DNA of 64,000 nucleotides from Eledone cirrhosa (Eukaryota): NCBI GenBank assembly GCA_964016885.1, contig OZ024765.1, positions 14,012,001 to 14,076,000 of the forward strand, read 5' to 3'. Shown piece by piece: positions 40,739 to 53,159 of this stretch (position 1 is its first letter; each line of letters starts with the position of its first letter). The notes under the pieces were generated by a model. It saw only the letters and a program-made list of their open reading frames with translations, ran no database searches and was not told where the DNA came from. The position numbers and the translations under genes were made by a program.

Positions 40739-40870
40739 TGGAGAGCAGTTCACATGTATGCCATCACAAGGGGAAGAGTTATGCAATCAATACCATTTTC
40801 AAGGATGGATGTAAATCGTGCACCTGTTTTACTGGTGGTTTTGTGATGTGTTCTGACTGCGTTAAAAAAG
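40739..40870 (+). CDS. Gene 2 exon 2, atypical pacifastin-like domain (shortened loop CSDC)
   Basis: TTCTATTGCAG acceptor, AAG|GTAAGT donor; 132 nt, phase 1/1; VESSSHVCHHKGKSYAINTIFKDGCKSCTCFTGGFVMCSDCVKK. Confidence 0.85.
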
Positions 40871-40981
40871 GTAAGTTTGGAGTTAAAGCATTGAAAATTT
40901 TCTAAAAAGTGTCAGGTTACAACCACTTTCTACTAAATTTGTTTAGAAATTTGATATTTTCATCTCTCCCTCCGTCTTTCT

Positions 40982-41016
<35 letters not shown>

Positions 41017-41087
41017 TGTGTGTGTGTGTTGACAAGCAGATCAGTGGTCAAGCAACTGCTATCTATAATTATCTATCATATAATTAT

Positions 41088-41132
<45 letters not shown>

Positions 41133-41306
41133 CTGACCTTACCCAATTGCACCTCTCAATGGTGATGACGCAGGACCGTGACCTCTGGTGTCATGCAGTA
41201 ATACAGAATACCCGACTTCCCACAGGTACAAGCTGAAGCATATAGACAATATGCCCTTATCCCTTTATATATAATTATAAAATGTGGAGAAGGACCACAC
41301 GAGTTG

Positions 41307-41375
<69 letters not shown>

Positions 41376-41380
<5 letters not shown>

Positions 41381-43398
41381 ATAGGGAGAAAAAGACGATT
41401 ATTAGGAAGAAAAACATTTTTTCCTTTTATTTTTTTCTCTTTTTTCTGGGTTAGAAAATGTTTAAAACAAAATATTTTACTGTGTGTGAAGGTATTAGTT
41501 AATTTATTTATTAATTAACAATGGCATTTATTTATTTATTTATTTATATATTTATTCTTTGAATTCGATGCCAAATACTACAGACAGAAATCTGGGACTG
41601 CCATTGGTACGAAAGTAGACCCCTCATACGCCAACCTTGTCATAGGATATTTGGAAACCACTCTCTACCACAAAGTCCTAGACAAATGTGGTAACCACTT
41701 CTACCTACACATAGAAAAAAACTGGAAGAGATATCTGGACGACTGCTTCATCCTCTAGCATGAAAGTATAGATAGACTGATTGAGTTTAAAACCCTTCTA
41801 AATGGACTCAACACAAACTTACAATTTACAATGGATTACAGCCATGAACAGCTCCCTTTCCTCGACATCCTCATCAAGAAAACAAACAACAAAATAGAAA
41901 CAGACATATACTACAAACCCACAGACTCCAAACAATATCTTCCATTCAACTCGTGCCACCCTAGACACACCAAAATGGCAATTCCTTATAACCTAGCCAG
42001 AAGGATCTGCACAATAGTTTCAGATAAATACTCATGCTACACACGACTAGAAGAATTAAAGAACACACTTATCAGCAGAAACTACCCACCATCCCTAATC
42101 AACAATGGATTCCAACATTCCTTAAAACTCAACATCCAGGAACTCAGACACCCCAAACCCAGGAATGAACCGCAACAGAAAACTCTACCATACATCTCCA
42201 CACACAACCCCCTCAACAATGAGGCATTCGACACCATCCTCCAGAACATTCCTTTACTAAAAAGAGACCCAAGAATGAACAAAATCCTCCAAACACACAA
42301 TCATAAAGAGCAAAAGACAACTTAAATCCATAAAAAACATCCTCACACAAGCCAAAATCCAACCAACACTCACAATGAACCCTACAGTAAAAAAATGCGG
42401 AAGGCCCAACTGTGGTATATGCATAAATCTAATAGAAGGTTCAACATTCCATTTTAAAGAAGGACAACATTTCACAGTTAAACACAACTTTACATGTGCA
42501 TCTGAAAACCTAATTGTATGACTGTCTATAAAACACAAATCAAAATACAGGGATAGAGAAAGATTGCTTTTAGTGAACATATCGCCAATTGTACACCTAA
42601 CCAACATCCAAACTTTAAAATTTTCCCCATTTACAAATTCATAGACAACGCTTCTTTCATCCATCGTACTAATAAGGAAACATACTTCATCAACAAATTC
42701 CAGCCTCTACTTAATGGACTAAACTTCGGACTAAACTAAAACTGGAACGAACAATGAACCAAAGAATTACCTCCCTTACACCCTACCTAATCCTTTTTCT
42801 TATATAAATGAATTACCCCTCTCATTTCTTTCTCCCCTACCTGACCACCCTGAATTACCTCCCCCTGCATATTAACGCTCTAAAAAGGGAAATCATATCA
42901 AACCCCAGACTACCATTTGCCTCCATTATGGACCAACCAAGCGCTCTTGCTATAATAACACATCTTGAACTGCCTATCTTCAAGAACTATGCCTGTAAAT
43001 AATATTATTCTTTCTTTCCCATTAACTTATCATGTTCCACATCACCCCTTTTTTTCTTTTTTCTTCAAAAACCTTGTTTGTAAATAATATTCTTTCTTTC
43101 CCATTTCCTTAACATGTTCAACATCACATTATTTTCTCTCTAACATTTTAAACCAATACAAATTCCCCCCTTTGATAATGCATAAAATGCTGAAACTGGT
43201 AATAGACAATTATTAAATATATAAATAAATAAATAAATGCCATTGTTAATTAATAAATAAATTAATTAATACTTTAACACTTCACACAAAGTAAAATATT
43301 TTGTTTTAAACATTTTCTAACCCAGAAAAAAGAGAAAAAAATAAAAGGAAAAAAATACATTTTTCTTCATAATAATCGTCTTTTTCTCCCTACTTTCA
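41376..43398 (+). mobile_element. Penelope-like element, 5'-truncated and disrupted, with inverted terminal repeats
   Basis: RT motifs GTAIGT..YANL, WKRYLDDCF, LPFLDILI, YYKPTDSKQYL, SCHP; Cys-rich linker CGRPNCGIC..FTCASENL typical before GIY-YIG; 41376-41555 inverted versus 43215-43398; decayed hammerhead-like core at ~43172-43201. Confidence 0.88.
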
Positions 43399-43573
43399 TA
43401 TATATATATATATATATATATAAATATGGATATATATATGTATGTGTGTATATACATATATATATATTTATATGTATATATATATATACATATAAATATG
43501 GATATATATATGTATGTGTGTATATACATATATATATATTTATATGTATATATACATATGTATACACATATAA

Positions 43574-43604
<31 letters not shown>

Positions 43605-43715
43605 TATATATACATATATCGAACCCATGACATTATGATCGTAACCCTAACACCCCTACCACAAGGCTAACCACCTCCACCTTCTATTTTAATTCATTGA
43701 CTATATTTCTTTTAG

Positions 43716-43837
43716 ATTGTTTTATCAATGGAAAGAAATACAAGTACGGAGAAACATTTCAGATAGATTGCAACACATGTACATGTGATATCAGAGGTAT
43801 TCCAGTCTGTACCGAAATACATTGTATTCACGAATAA
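43716..43837 (+). CDS. Gene 2 exon 3, C-terminal pacifastin domain (CT-E-IHC)
   Basis: TTTCTTTTAG acceptor; DCFINGKKYKYGETFQIDCNTCTCDIRGIPVCTEIHCIHE*; donor TG|GTAAGT 8 nt after the stop. Confidence 0.88.
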
Positions 43838-43899
43838 AACTGCTGGTAAGTGATCAGTGTTTGTCTATGTAAAGGAGGTAGGTACTGGTTGTGAAGAGT

Positions 43900-45910
43900 T
43901 TACCCTTTAGCATTTACATTATTCTATATATACTATTATATTTTCACAGTAAAGGCTTTACCTCACATAATATCTCACATAACATTTACGTTACTCTATA
44001 TATACTATTATATTTTCGCAGTAAAGGCTTTACCTCACATAATTATTTCACATAATATCGAATCTATGAGATTTTGATATTATTTATTTTCAGAACAATA
44101 CTTTAATATCAGTATGAGTTAAGGCTGGTTTGAACAGAAAGAGGTGAGAGAATTCTGGCCGGTTACGGCCGGTTTGAATGCTAAAGGGTCAGAATTCCCT
44201 CACCTCTTTCTGTTCAAATCTGGCCATAACTGGCCACTTGTACAGATGTTGAGGTATTGTTCTCAAAATAAATAATATCAAAATCTCATAGATTCAATAT
44301 TATGTGAGATAAAGCCTTTACTGTGAAAATATAATACTATATATAGAGTAATGTAATTGCTAAAGGGTTAAACCAGCCATATCCAGCCAGAATTCTCTCA
44401 CTTCTTTCTGTTCAAACCGGCCATAACCGGCCACTCATACTGACATTCAGTACTTCTGTATTGTTTTAGCCAAAAATATCTAAAAACAATTATGTTAATT
44501 CAAATGTTTATCGTATCTCTAGTAGCAGACAGATGAAAGAATTAAAAGAAAAACAATGTGTAGAAGATAATAACTAATCCAGTTTAATTTTCTCTTGTCT
44601 TTCATTTTTCTACATTGAAGATTTCATGATAGATTCAGAAGAAACCAGGAAACTTCCGGAAGAAGAACATGGAAGGAAATATTAGTGATTGTAGAATGGA
44701 GGTTTCTAGGAAATAAAATATTGTAAAAATATTGTAAAATACTTCCGTCTATCTATTTATTTATTTATTTATTTAATGAAGATTAACACTTCAGCATGTA
44801 AACTGGCCAGAACTCTCTCACCTCTTTCTGTTCAAACCAGTTGTAACCGGCCACTTATACTTAAGGTATTGTTCTCAAAATAAATAATATCAAAATCTCA
44901 TAGATTCGATATTATGTGAGATAATTATGTGTGGTAAGGCTTTTAACACAAAAATACAATAGTATATATAGAGTAATGTGAATGCTAAAGGGTTAATGTA
45001 AGTCTGAGTGGCCAGTTACAGTTGGTTTGAACAGAAAGAGGTGAGAGAATTCTGGTCGGATATGGCTGGTTTAAATGTTAATGGGTTAAAGAGAAGGATC
45101 CATGGATTTAATATTATGTGAAATAATTATGTGAGGTAAAGCCTTTACCGTGAAAATATAATAGGATATATAGAGTAATGTAAATGCTAAAGGGTTAAAT
45201 TGGCTGTATCCGGTCAGAATTCTCTCACAACTTTCTGTTCAAACCAGCTCTAATTGGCCACTCATACTGATGTTAAGGAATTGTTTTCAAAATAAACAAT
45301 ATCAAAATCTCATAGATTTGATATGTGAGATAAAGGATTTACCATAAAAATATAATAGTATATATAGAGTAATGTAAATGTTTTGTGAGATATTATGTGA
45401 GGTAAAGCCTTTACTGTGAAAATACAATAGTATATATAGAGTAATGTAAATGTTATGTGAGGTAAAGCCTTTACTGTGAAAATACAAAAGGATATATAGA
45501 GTAATGTAAATGTTATGTGAGATAAAGGCTTTACCATGAAAATACAATAGTATATATAGAGTAATGTAAATGCTAAAGAGTTAAACAAAGAAATGCAAAA
45601 AGGGGAGAAGGGAAAATCTGGCTGTATGGGAAAGTCGAGGAAAGGACTATAAATGCTATAAATGAGAGGAAAAAGATGTAAAGAGCAGGGACTATTAACC
45701 CTTTAGCATTTACATTACTCTATATATGCTTTTGTATTTTGATGGTAAACACTTTATCTCACATAATATTGAATATACGAGATTTTAATACTAGTTATTT
45801 TGAGAACAATACTTTAACATAAGTATGTGCAGCCAGTTATGGCTGGTTTGAACAGAAAGAGGAAAGAGAATTCTAGCTGGTTACAGCCGGTTTAAAAGCT
45901 AAAGGGTTAA
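43900..45910. mobile_element. Dense cluster of piggyBac-like MITE copies around the gene 2 3' end
   Basis: Repeated CCCTTTAGCATTT / AATGCTAAAGGGTTAA termini in both orientations. Confidence 0.8.
44523..44745 (+). other. Gene 2 terminal non-coding exon (3' UTR, AATAAA 44712-44717)
   Basis: Tandem acceptors TAG TAG CAG ACAG at 44520-44532; strong similarity to the gene 1 and gene 3 3' UTR blocks. Confidence 0.65.
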
Positions 45911-46434
45911 GCCAAGGAAGAAATGGAAGGGAAATTGATGTTAAACGATGATGATGCTGTATGTTCATAAATCTCATCATTGGGGGGGGGGGGGGGTCCT
46001 TAATCCTCACCCAACAATTACTCTGAAGCTGGCTCCTGGTCCATAGCCCATCTGTCTTCATCACATGGGTGAAGCCTTTGACCACTCAAGAGGTTGTTAA
46101 CAATGGGACTAAGAAGCCCCATCTAATCCGGTTTTGAAGATTCTAGATCAGTCATGAGCTAACTGTGGCCCACGAGCTGCACACAACTCATTTAATAATA
46201 ATGGTTTCTTATATAGGCACAAGGCCAGCAATTTTTTTTTTTGGGGGGGGGGGGGCGATTAAATCGACCCCAGTGCATGACTGGTACTTTATTTTATCGA
46301 CCCCGTAAGCACGAAAGACAAAGTTAACCTTGGCGGGATTTGAACTCAGATTATAAAGGGCCGTAACTCTATGCTGCGAAGCATGGTGTACAACCCTCTA
46401 CCGATACTGCCAATCCACCACCCTATATAACTTA

Positions 46435-46810
46435 TTTAATAATAATAAAAATGAAATTATTGTGTACAGTGCTCAGGTGCACTACAACTCATCAAAGGTG
46501 CATGTATAGTACATAGAATAATGTACAAATGTCAGGAAAGTGAATAGTGTATGAGTCATGATATACATGTGTATGGAGGGGGGAATGTTAGGTGTAGTGT
46601 TGGCGAATTTCAGGAAGCATGGAGGTTTCAAAGGATGCAGTGTCCCAACAGTTAACAACTGATGCAGATAGTTTGTTCCATGCTTCAGCAATGCTGAGTG
46701 TGAAAAAAATGTTTCTGAAAGTTATGGGAGCTGTGCTGTTCTCTGACGTAGCCATGCCCACAGGTGTTAGACACATGGAAATCAAAAAGGTGCTCAGGGT
46801 TGTTGTTTGG
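46435..46810 (-). mobile_element. CR1/L2-like 3' fragment
   Basis: Reverse complement of the family at 35400-35785. Confidence 0.8.
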
Positions 46811-47029
46811 CTTTCTGAATGGCACACCTAATTTCGAAATTGCCTTGAAATATTTAGTCTTATGATGAGCCACGTCCTATGCAACCCACTGCTTCAAAAA
46901 GCTTGTCCATGCCTGTCCTAGACAGACTGTCAATCAAGGCTAACAAGATCCGTTTACACTCCAGGTAACAAACTACCTGTAATTATGTTCTATATTCCTA
47001 ATTTTAAAGATGTTTATTACTTCTAAGTT

Positions 47030-47640
47030 TTGAAAGCACATGACTTAGCGATTAAAGAATTGGATTTGCAATCGTGAGGTTTCAAGTTCGTTTCCTGGAC
47101 CAAGTAATGCGTTATGCCCCTAAGCAAGACACTTTATTTCACATTGCTCTTTCTGCCAGGAGTTGTGACTGACAGATAGTATCAGCAATGGAAAGACCAA
47201 TGGAAACATTGTTTCCTTGGTCAGATCTGATAATCAGCTCCTTTCTACCAGGAGTTGTGACTGACAGATAGTATCAGTAATGGAAAGACCAATGGAAACA
47301 TTGTTTCCTTGGTCAGATCTGATGATCAGCTCCTTTCTTCTGCCAAGAGTTGTGACTGACAGATAGTATCAGTAATAGAAAGACCAATGGAAACATGGTT
47401 TCCTTGGTCTGATCTGTTGATCAGCTCCTTTCTTCTGTCAGGAGTTGTGACTGACAGATAGTATCAGTAATGGAAAGACCAATAGAAACATTGTTTCATT
47501 GGTCTGATCTGATGATCAGCTCCTTTCTTCTGCCAGGAGTTGTGACTGACAGATAGTATCAGTAATGGAAAGACCAATAGAAACATTGTTTCCTTGGTCT
47601 GATCTGATGATCAGCTCCTTTCTTCTGTCAGGAGTTGTGA
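47030..47640 (+). repeat. SINE head + ~6 tandem copies of an 83-86-bp body unit
   Basis: Same GGAAAGACCAATGGAAACATTGTTTCC core as 18845-19470 but with a different unit junction. Confidence 0.85.
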
Positions 47641-47764
47641 CAGCATCAAAATGATAACAAAATCAATAACAACAACTATAGCATCATCATTATGATCATC
47701 AACAACAACCATAAATAAATAGATAATCAAATATATAAATAAACAAATATATAAATAAATAACA

Positions 47765-50105
47765 ATATTTTACAATATTTTTACAATATTTTATTTCCCA
47801 GAAACCTCCATTCTACAATCATTAATATTTCCTTTCATCTTCTTCTTCCGGAAGTTTCCTGGTTTCTTCTGAATCTATCATGAAATCTTCAATATAGAAA
47901 AATGGAAGACAAGAGAAAATTTAATCAGATAAACTGGATCAGTTATTATCTTCTACACATTGTTTTTTTTTTTTTTTTGAGAATTCTGGTGTCCTTGGGC
48001 CTAGGACTACCTCCCTACTCACCACCATCAGCACAGAGTAGGCTACCCGCAGGTGTGAGCCTCGCAAGCTTGAATGGCTCTTATAGCACGTCTCACTCAC
48101 CATCGTCCAGAGAAACGTCTTCCCTATTCTGTCCGCCGGGGCCAGTGACACTGGGAGTTTGGTTCCTCTGTGTTCAGACCTGGTGTATATGAGATATGGA
48201 GGCACTGACAGTGGGAGTTTGGTTCCTCTGTGTTCGGACCTGGTGTATATATAAGAGATGGAGGAGAGCAGGAGATATGGAGGCACTGACAGTGGGAGTT
48301 TGGTTCCTCTGTGTTAAGACCTGGTGTATATATAAGAGATGGGGGGTGAGCAGGAGAGACGGAAGCAGTGACAGTGGGAGTTTGGCTCCTTTTGTTCGGA
48401 CCTGGTGTATATGAGAGATGGGAAGAGCAGGAGAGATGGAGGCAGTGACAGTGGGAGTTTGGCTCCTTTGTGTTCAGACTTGGTGTATATAAGAGATGGG
48501 AAGAGCAGGAGAGATGGAGGCAGTGACAGTGGGAGTTTGGCTCCTTTGTGTTCGGACCTGGTGTATATAAGAGATGGGAAGAGCAGGAGAGATGGAGGCA
48601 GTGACAGTGGGAGTTTGGTTCCTCTGTGTTCAGACTTGGTGTATATAAGAGATGGAGGCAGTGACAGTAGGAGATTGGTTCCTCTGTGTTCAGACTTGGT
48701 GTATATATAAGAGATGGGAAGAGCAGGAGAGATGGAGGCAGTGACAGTGGGAGTTTGGTTCCTCTGTGTTCAGACTTGGTGTATATAAGAGATGGGAAGA
48801 GCAGGAGAGATGGAGGCAGTGACAGTGGGAGATTGGTTCCTCTGTGTTCGGACCTGGTGTATATATGAGAGATGGAGGCAGTGACAGTGGGAGATTGGTT
48901 CCTCTGTGTTCGGACCTGGTGTATATATGAGAGATGGGGGAGAGCAGGAGAGATGGAGGCAGTGACAGTGGGAGTTTGGCTCCTTTGTGTTCAGACTTGG
49001 TGTATATAAGAGATGGGAAGAGCAGGAGAGATGGAGGCAGTGACAGTGGGAGTTTGGCTCCTTTGTGTTCGGACCTGGTGTATATAAGAGATGGGAAGAG
49101 CAGGAGAGATGGAGGCAGTGACAGTGGGAGTTTGGTTCCTCTGTGTTCAGACTTGGTGTATATAAGAGATGGAGGCAGTGACAGTGGGAGATTGGTTCCT
49201 CTGTGTTCAGACCTGGTGTATATATGAGAGATGGGGGAGAGCAGGAGAGATGGAGGCAGTGACAGTGGGAGTTTGGCTCCTTTGTGTTCAGACTTGGTGT
49301 ATATAAGAGATGGGAAGAGCAGGAGAGATGGAGGCAGTGACAGTGGGAGTTTGGTTCCTCTGTGTTCAGACTTGGTGTATATATAAGAGATGGGGGAGAG
49401 CAGGAGAGGTGGAGGCAGTGACAGTGGGAGATTGGTTCCTCTGTGTTCGGACCTGGTATATATATGAGAGATGGGGGAGAGCAGGAGAGATGGAGGCAGT
49501 GACAGTGGGAGATTGGTTCCTCTGTGTTCGGACCTGGTGTATATATAAGAGATGGGGGAGAGCAGGAGAGATGGAGGCAGTGACAGTGGGAGTTTGGTTC
49601 CTCTGTGTTCAGACCTGGTGTATATATAAGAGATGGGGGAGAGCAGGAGAGGTGGAGGCAGTGACAGTGGGAGATTGGTTCCTCTGTGTTCGGACCTGGT
49701 GTATATATGAGAGATGGGGGAGAGCAGGAGAGATGGAGGCAGCGACAGTGAGAGATTGGTTCCTCTGTGTTCGGACCTGGTGTATATATGAGAGATGGGG
49801 GAGGCAGGAGAGATGGAGGCAGCGACAGTGGGAGATTGGTTCCTCTGTGTTCGGACCTGGTGTATATGAGAGATGGGAAGAGCAGGAGAGATGGAGGCAG
49901 TGACAGTGGGAGATTGGTTCCTCTGTGTTCGGACCTGGTGTATATGTTTCAACTGACACACTCTCATGCATCCAGTGCTAGGGTTGTTTTTATCTTATTC
50001 TTCTAATCTTTTATTCTTTTATCATATTAATACTTCATTCTTTCATTCTTTCATTCTTTTGAATGAAAGACAAAATGTTTGTTTTCACTTTTCATTACCA
50101 TATTT
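47765..50105 (-). other. Gene 3 terminal exon / 3' UTR, interrupted by a ~2-kb repeat insertion
   Basis: Minus-strand acceptor TTTTTCATTAG|A at 50105 completes TG+A; conserved UTR block at 47765-47962 with AATAAA at 47790-47795; another AATAAA at 50010-50015. Confidence 0.6.
48140..49945. repeat. Variable-unit (~53-70 bp) minisatellite
   Basis: GGAGGCAGTGACAGTGGGAG(T/A)TTGGTTCCTCTGTGTTC..CTGGTGTATAT repeats. Confidence 0.92.
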
Positions 50106-50159
50106 CTAATGAAAAACACTGCTTATAATTTTCAAACAGCAGTGCTTGAAATCACGCAA

Positions 50160-50570
50160 CCCTTTTGGGGAATTAATGAAGCTCCTTCAAGACAATAACT
50201 TTGATCTGAAGGAAGAGTGACGAAGATCACAGAATGAGTCCAAATTTTCCAAACAAGATCTCGTCTAGGACCTGACATCTAAACCAGCCAGCTTTGACCT
50301 TCATAGAAAGCAATGGATGTCCCTTAATCGGATCTGCACAATATATGCCAGGACAGCCCTTGATCTCCATTGATGGAAAATGAAAGACAACCCAGTGTTT
50401 GACTGTGAGGACCCTGACCAGACAGTGCTGCATATTGTTCAGGATTGCACCCTCAGATGTTTTCTTGGTAGCCTTGAGGCAATCCATAATACTACAAATG
50501 ATGACTTAGTCTGGCTCACCAATCTCGATTTATCTCACTAACCATTGTGTATATGTCATATGACAAGAAG
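50160..50570 (+). mobile_element. Degraded non-LTR retrotransposon 3' fragment with CCHC-like remnant
   Basis: Reads ..DCEDPDQTVLHIVQDC....DLVWLTNLDL, resembling LINE ORF2 C-terminal zinc knuckles; (AAG)n-like end. Confidence 0.4.
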
Positions 50571-50609
50571 ACTGAAACATCATAATGGCCGATCTTGTTG
50601 AAAACTTAC

Positions 50610-50727
50610 CAAAAGACACAGGCTTTCAATGTACAGACTGCTTTTCCTGAAGATCTGCATGTACACATGTTACAATCTTTCATGAACGATTCTCCGATGT
50701 TATACTTCCTGTCCTTGTAAACACATC
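50610..50727 (-). CDS. Pacifastin-like gene 3, C-terminal domain exon (CT-L-KAC)
   Basis: CTAATTATTTTAG acceptor; GCVYKDRKYNIGESFMKDCNMCTCRSSGKAVCTLKACVF then TG|GTAAGT; absent from the ORF track. Confidence 0.9.
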
Positions 50728-50791
50728 CTAAAATAATTAGAGATAAAGAGTAATATGGCATTCATACATAAAATAACACAATTACATAAAG

Positions 50792-50822
<31 letters not shown>

Positions 50823-50887
50823 AGAAAGTGAGGTTTTTTTTTTTTTACAAAATGAAAAATAACCGAGGTGTCCTACACGAGTGAAAG

Positions 50888-50988
50888 TATAAAGAAAAAG
50901 AAATGAAATCGAAAATGCAACTGAAGTCTTATTTTTTTTAAAAATAAGACTTCAGTTGCATTTTCGATTTCATCTCTTTTTCTTTATA
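50888..50988. repeat. Near-perfect hairpin, ~48-bp arms
   Basis: GAAATCGAAAATGCAACTGAAGTCTTATTTTT / AAAAATAAGACTTCAGTTGCATTTTCGATTTC. Confidence 0.85.
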
Positions 50989-51042
50989 TATATATATATT
51001 TGTTTTGCAAGGTTTTTGATATGAAATCGGGTGTCGAAACAA

Positions 51043-51430
51043 ATATTATTATACTTGGGGAGGGTCATATTGTTGTAATAATATTGCCAGAAATAATAAC
51101 AGAACACACTCACTGTTTGGTTTGGGTTGGTTTTCGCTTCTGTATCTTTAATATCTCCATAGTTAATTTATTTGGCAATCAATGTTTATCATTGATTGAC
51201 CAACGGTTAAAAATACAGATATAAATATATATATATATATAGTCTATCAAAGTTCTTTTGTTGCACATCTGTATTTTTAACCGTTGGTCAATCAATGATA
51301 AACATTGATTGCCAAATAAATTAACTATGGAGATATAAAAGATACAGAAGCGAAAACCAACCAAACAGTGAGTGTGTTCTGTTATTATTTCTGGCAATAT
51401 TATTACAACAATATGACCCTCCCCAAGTAT

Positions 51431-51436
<6 letters not shown>
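51043..51436. repeat. Foldback, ~175-bp arms
   Basis: TATACTTGGGGAGGGTCATATTG...AAATACAGAT mirrored by ATCTGTATTT...CAATATGACCCTCCCCAAGTATA. Confidence 0.85.
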
Positions 51437-51475
<39 letters not shown>

Positions 51476-51478
<3 letters not shown>

Positions 51479-51797
51479 TTGTCCCTCGGTGTTTGTGGGG
51501 GTGACATTCCTAGAGCCCTACAGCACCCACGAAGAGTGAAAAGCCGCAAATATTGGATGTGGTCCATAAAAATGCCTATAAACATCAAAACATAATGTAA
51601 AATACGATGCATTGTTATTAATAATTTAGCATTAAAAAGCATGAAAAAATATATATTGCCACAAAAAAAGCCATTAAAAAATTGGGGACGATATTTATGA
51701 TTCCGTGAATATGCGGTGTTTTCGACAAACAATTATTAGTTAGGTTCTAAGGAAAATTCCGCGAATAACTACAACCATATATGCTGGGAGTACATTG
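51476..51797. mobile_element. Tc1/pogo (Tigger-like) MITE remnant
   Basis: TA-flanked CAGTTGTCCCTCGG terminus; right end degenerate. Confidence 0.4.
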
Positions 51798-52258
51798 ATA
51801 TATATATATATATATATAATGTAGGAGGTGAGTTTTATTGTAGTACAATAAAGCAATGCAGATATCGGATAAGAAGCACTCTACAGTTTGTAGGACTGGA
51901 GTATACATAATATATAAGATCAAAAGATGGTTAAATGAGTTCCATGTATTTTATTATGCGCATTTCAAAAACAAATATCATCATGCAATAACATTTGTGT
52001 TTTCATCAGATAAAATAGGAGGACATGATATGAAGGTTAAAAACACTTGTGGATAGTGCAGTTTTAAATCAACATATGTGGACTGAATGTTTTTGAGATA
52101 CCAATATAACTTTACTGGGTAAGGGTGGTGTGGGCATGAAAATGGGTATCGCTTTGATTATGTAAAATTTATTTTCCATGGTACCCCCCATTTGGGTTTT
52201 TAGAGGTTGGCAGGTCTGCCTGGATATCTATATAAGATATAGGACGTTGATCCCTTAC

Positions 52259-52399
52259 CTACATTACCATGTGGTGGACACATCATTTTTGTACATCCAA
52301 CAAGATTGTTTGATCCACAGAAACATCGGTTGCAGTCATCTTTGAATGAATCTCCGACCTTGTAAACCTTTCCTTTGTGGTGGCATACCTCAGTATCAC
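52259..52399 (-). CDS. Gene 3 exon C4 (CT-K-MMC)
   Basis: TTTTTTGACAG acceptor, TAG|GTAAGG donor; 141 nt, phase 1/1; [47 protein letters not shown]. Confidence 0.9.
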
Positions 52400-53159
52400 C
52401 TGTCAAAAAATATATAAATATATATATATCACTTCGTTTACATAGACGAGAAAACTACAAATTCTCGACTGTTTTCAAGTCCAGCAGTCGCAAGTGTGGG
52501 AGGGTTGTCCTGATGAGGACCAGTTAAGTCTGAAATGCATCAACGATTGTCGCCCTTGCTTTTGCTGGACACCACCAGAGGGCGTTAGCCCTGGCTTTTT
52601 TTGCATAGCTACGGCTTTCTAAATGTTTACCTGTAAACATACCATGTTTCCTTAGAAATACGAAATTTCTATACATATCTGTATACAGCTATACCTGAAG
52701 CTAAATCCTAATTATATATATATGGATTACTTTACTGATTACATAAGACAGTGTAACACAGTCTTCATTCAATTTCTGTGTATATTGTCAATTACAATTT
52801 TATTTGATGTATCTACATGCATATATACTTGCGTATAATATCAATATGCACACTACACATGCTAGCAGAAAACCACCTAAAGGGTGGTTTTTCTGCTATT
52901 CTAAACTATAATAATCTTGATAATGATATACACATATATATATATTTGCGTGCATATACATATACCATATATGTAATATACATGCACACTTCATATATAT
53001 ACACACATAATATATCATCATTTATGTGTCCATCATTCATTGGTTGGATGGATTGACCCTTGTTTAGCTTATCCGGGGCAGATTTTGGCTTGGTTTCTAC
53101 AGCTGGGTGCCCTTCCTGCCGCCAACCACATTTACAATGTGTTCTGGTTGCTTTTTGTC

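Noticed and set aside
48196-50006. Overlapping repetitive ORFs up to 425 aa
   Set aside because: Minisatellite with variable unit lengths; no consistent frame or splice signals
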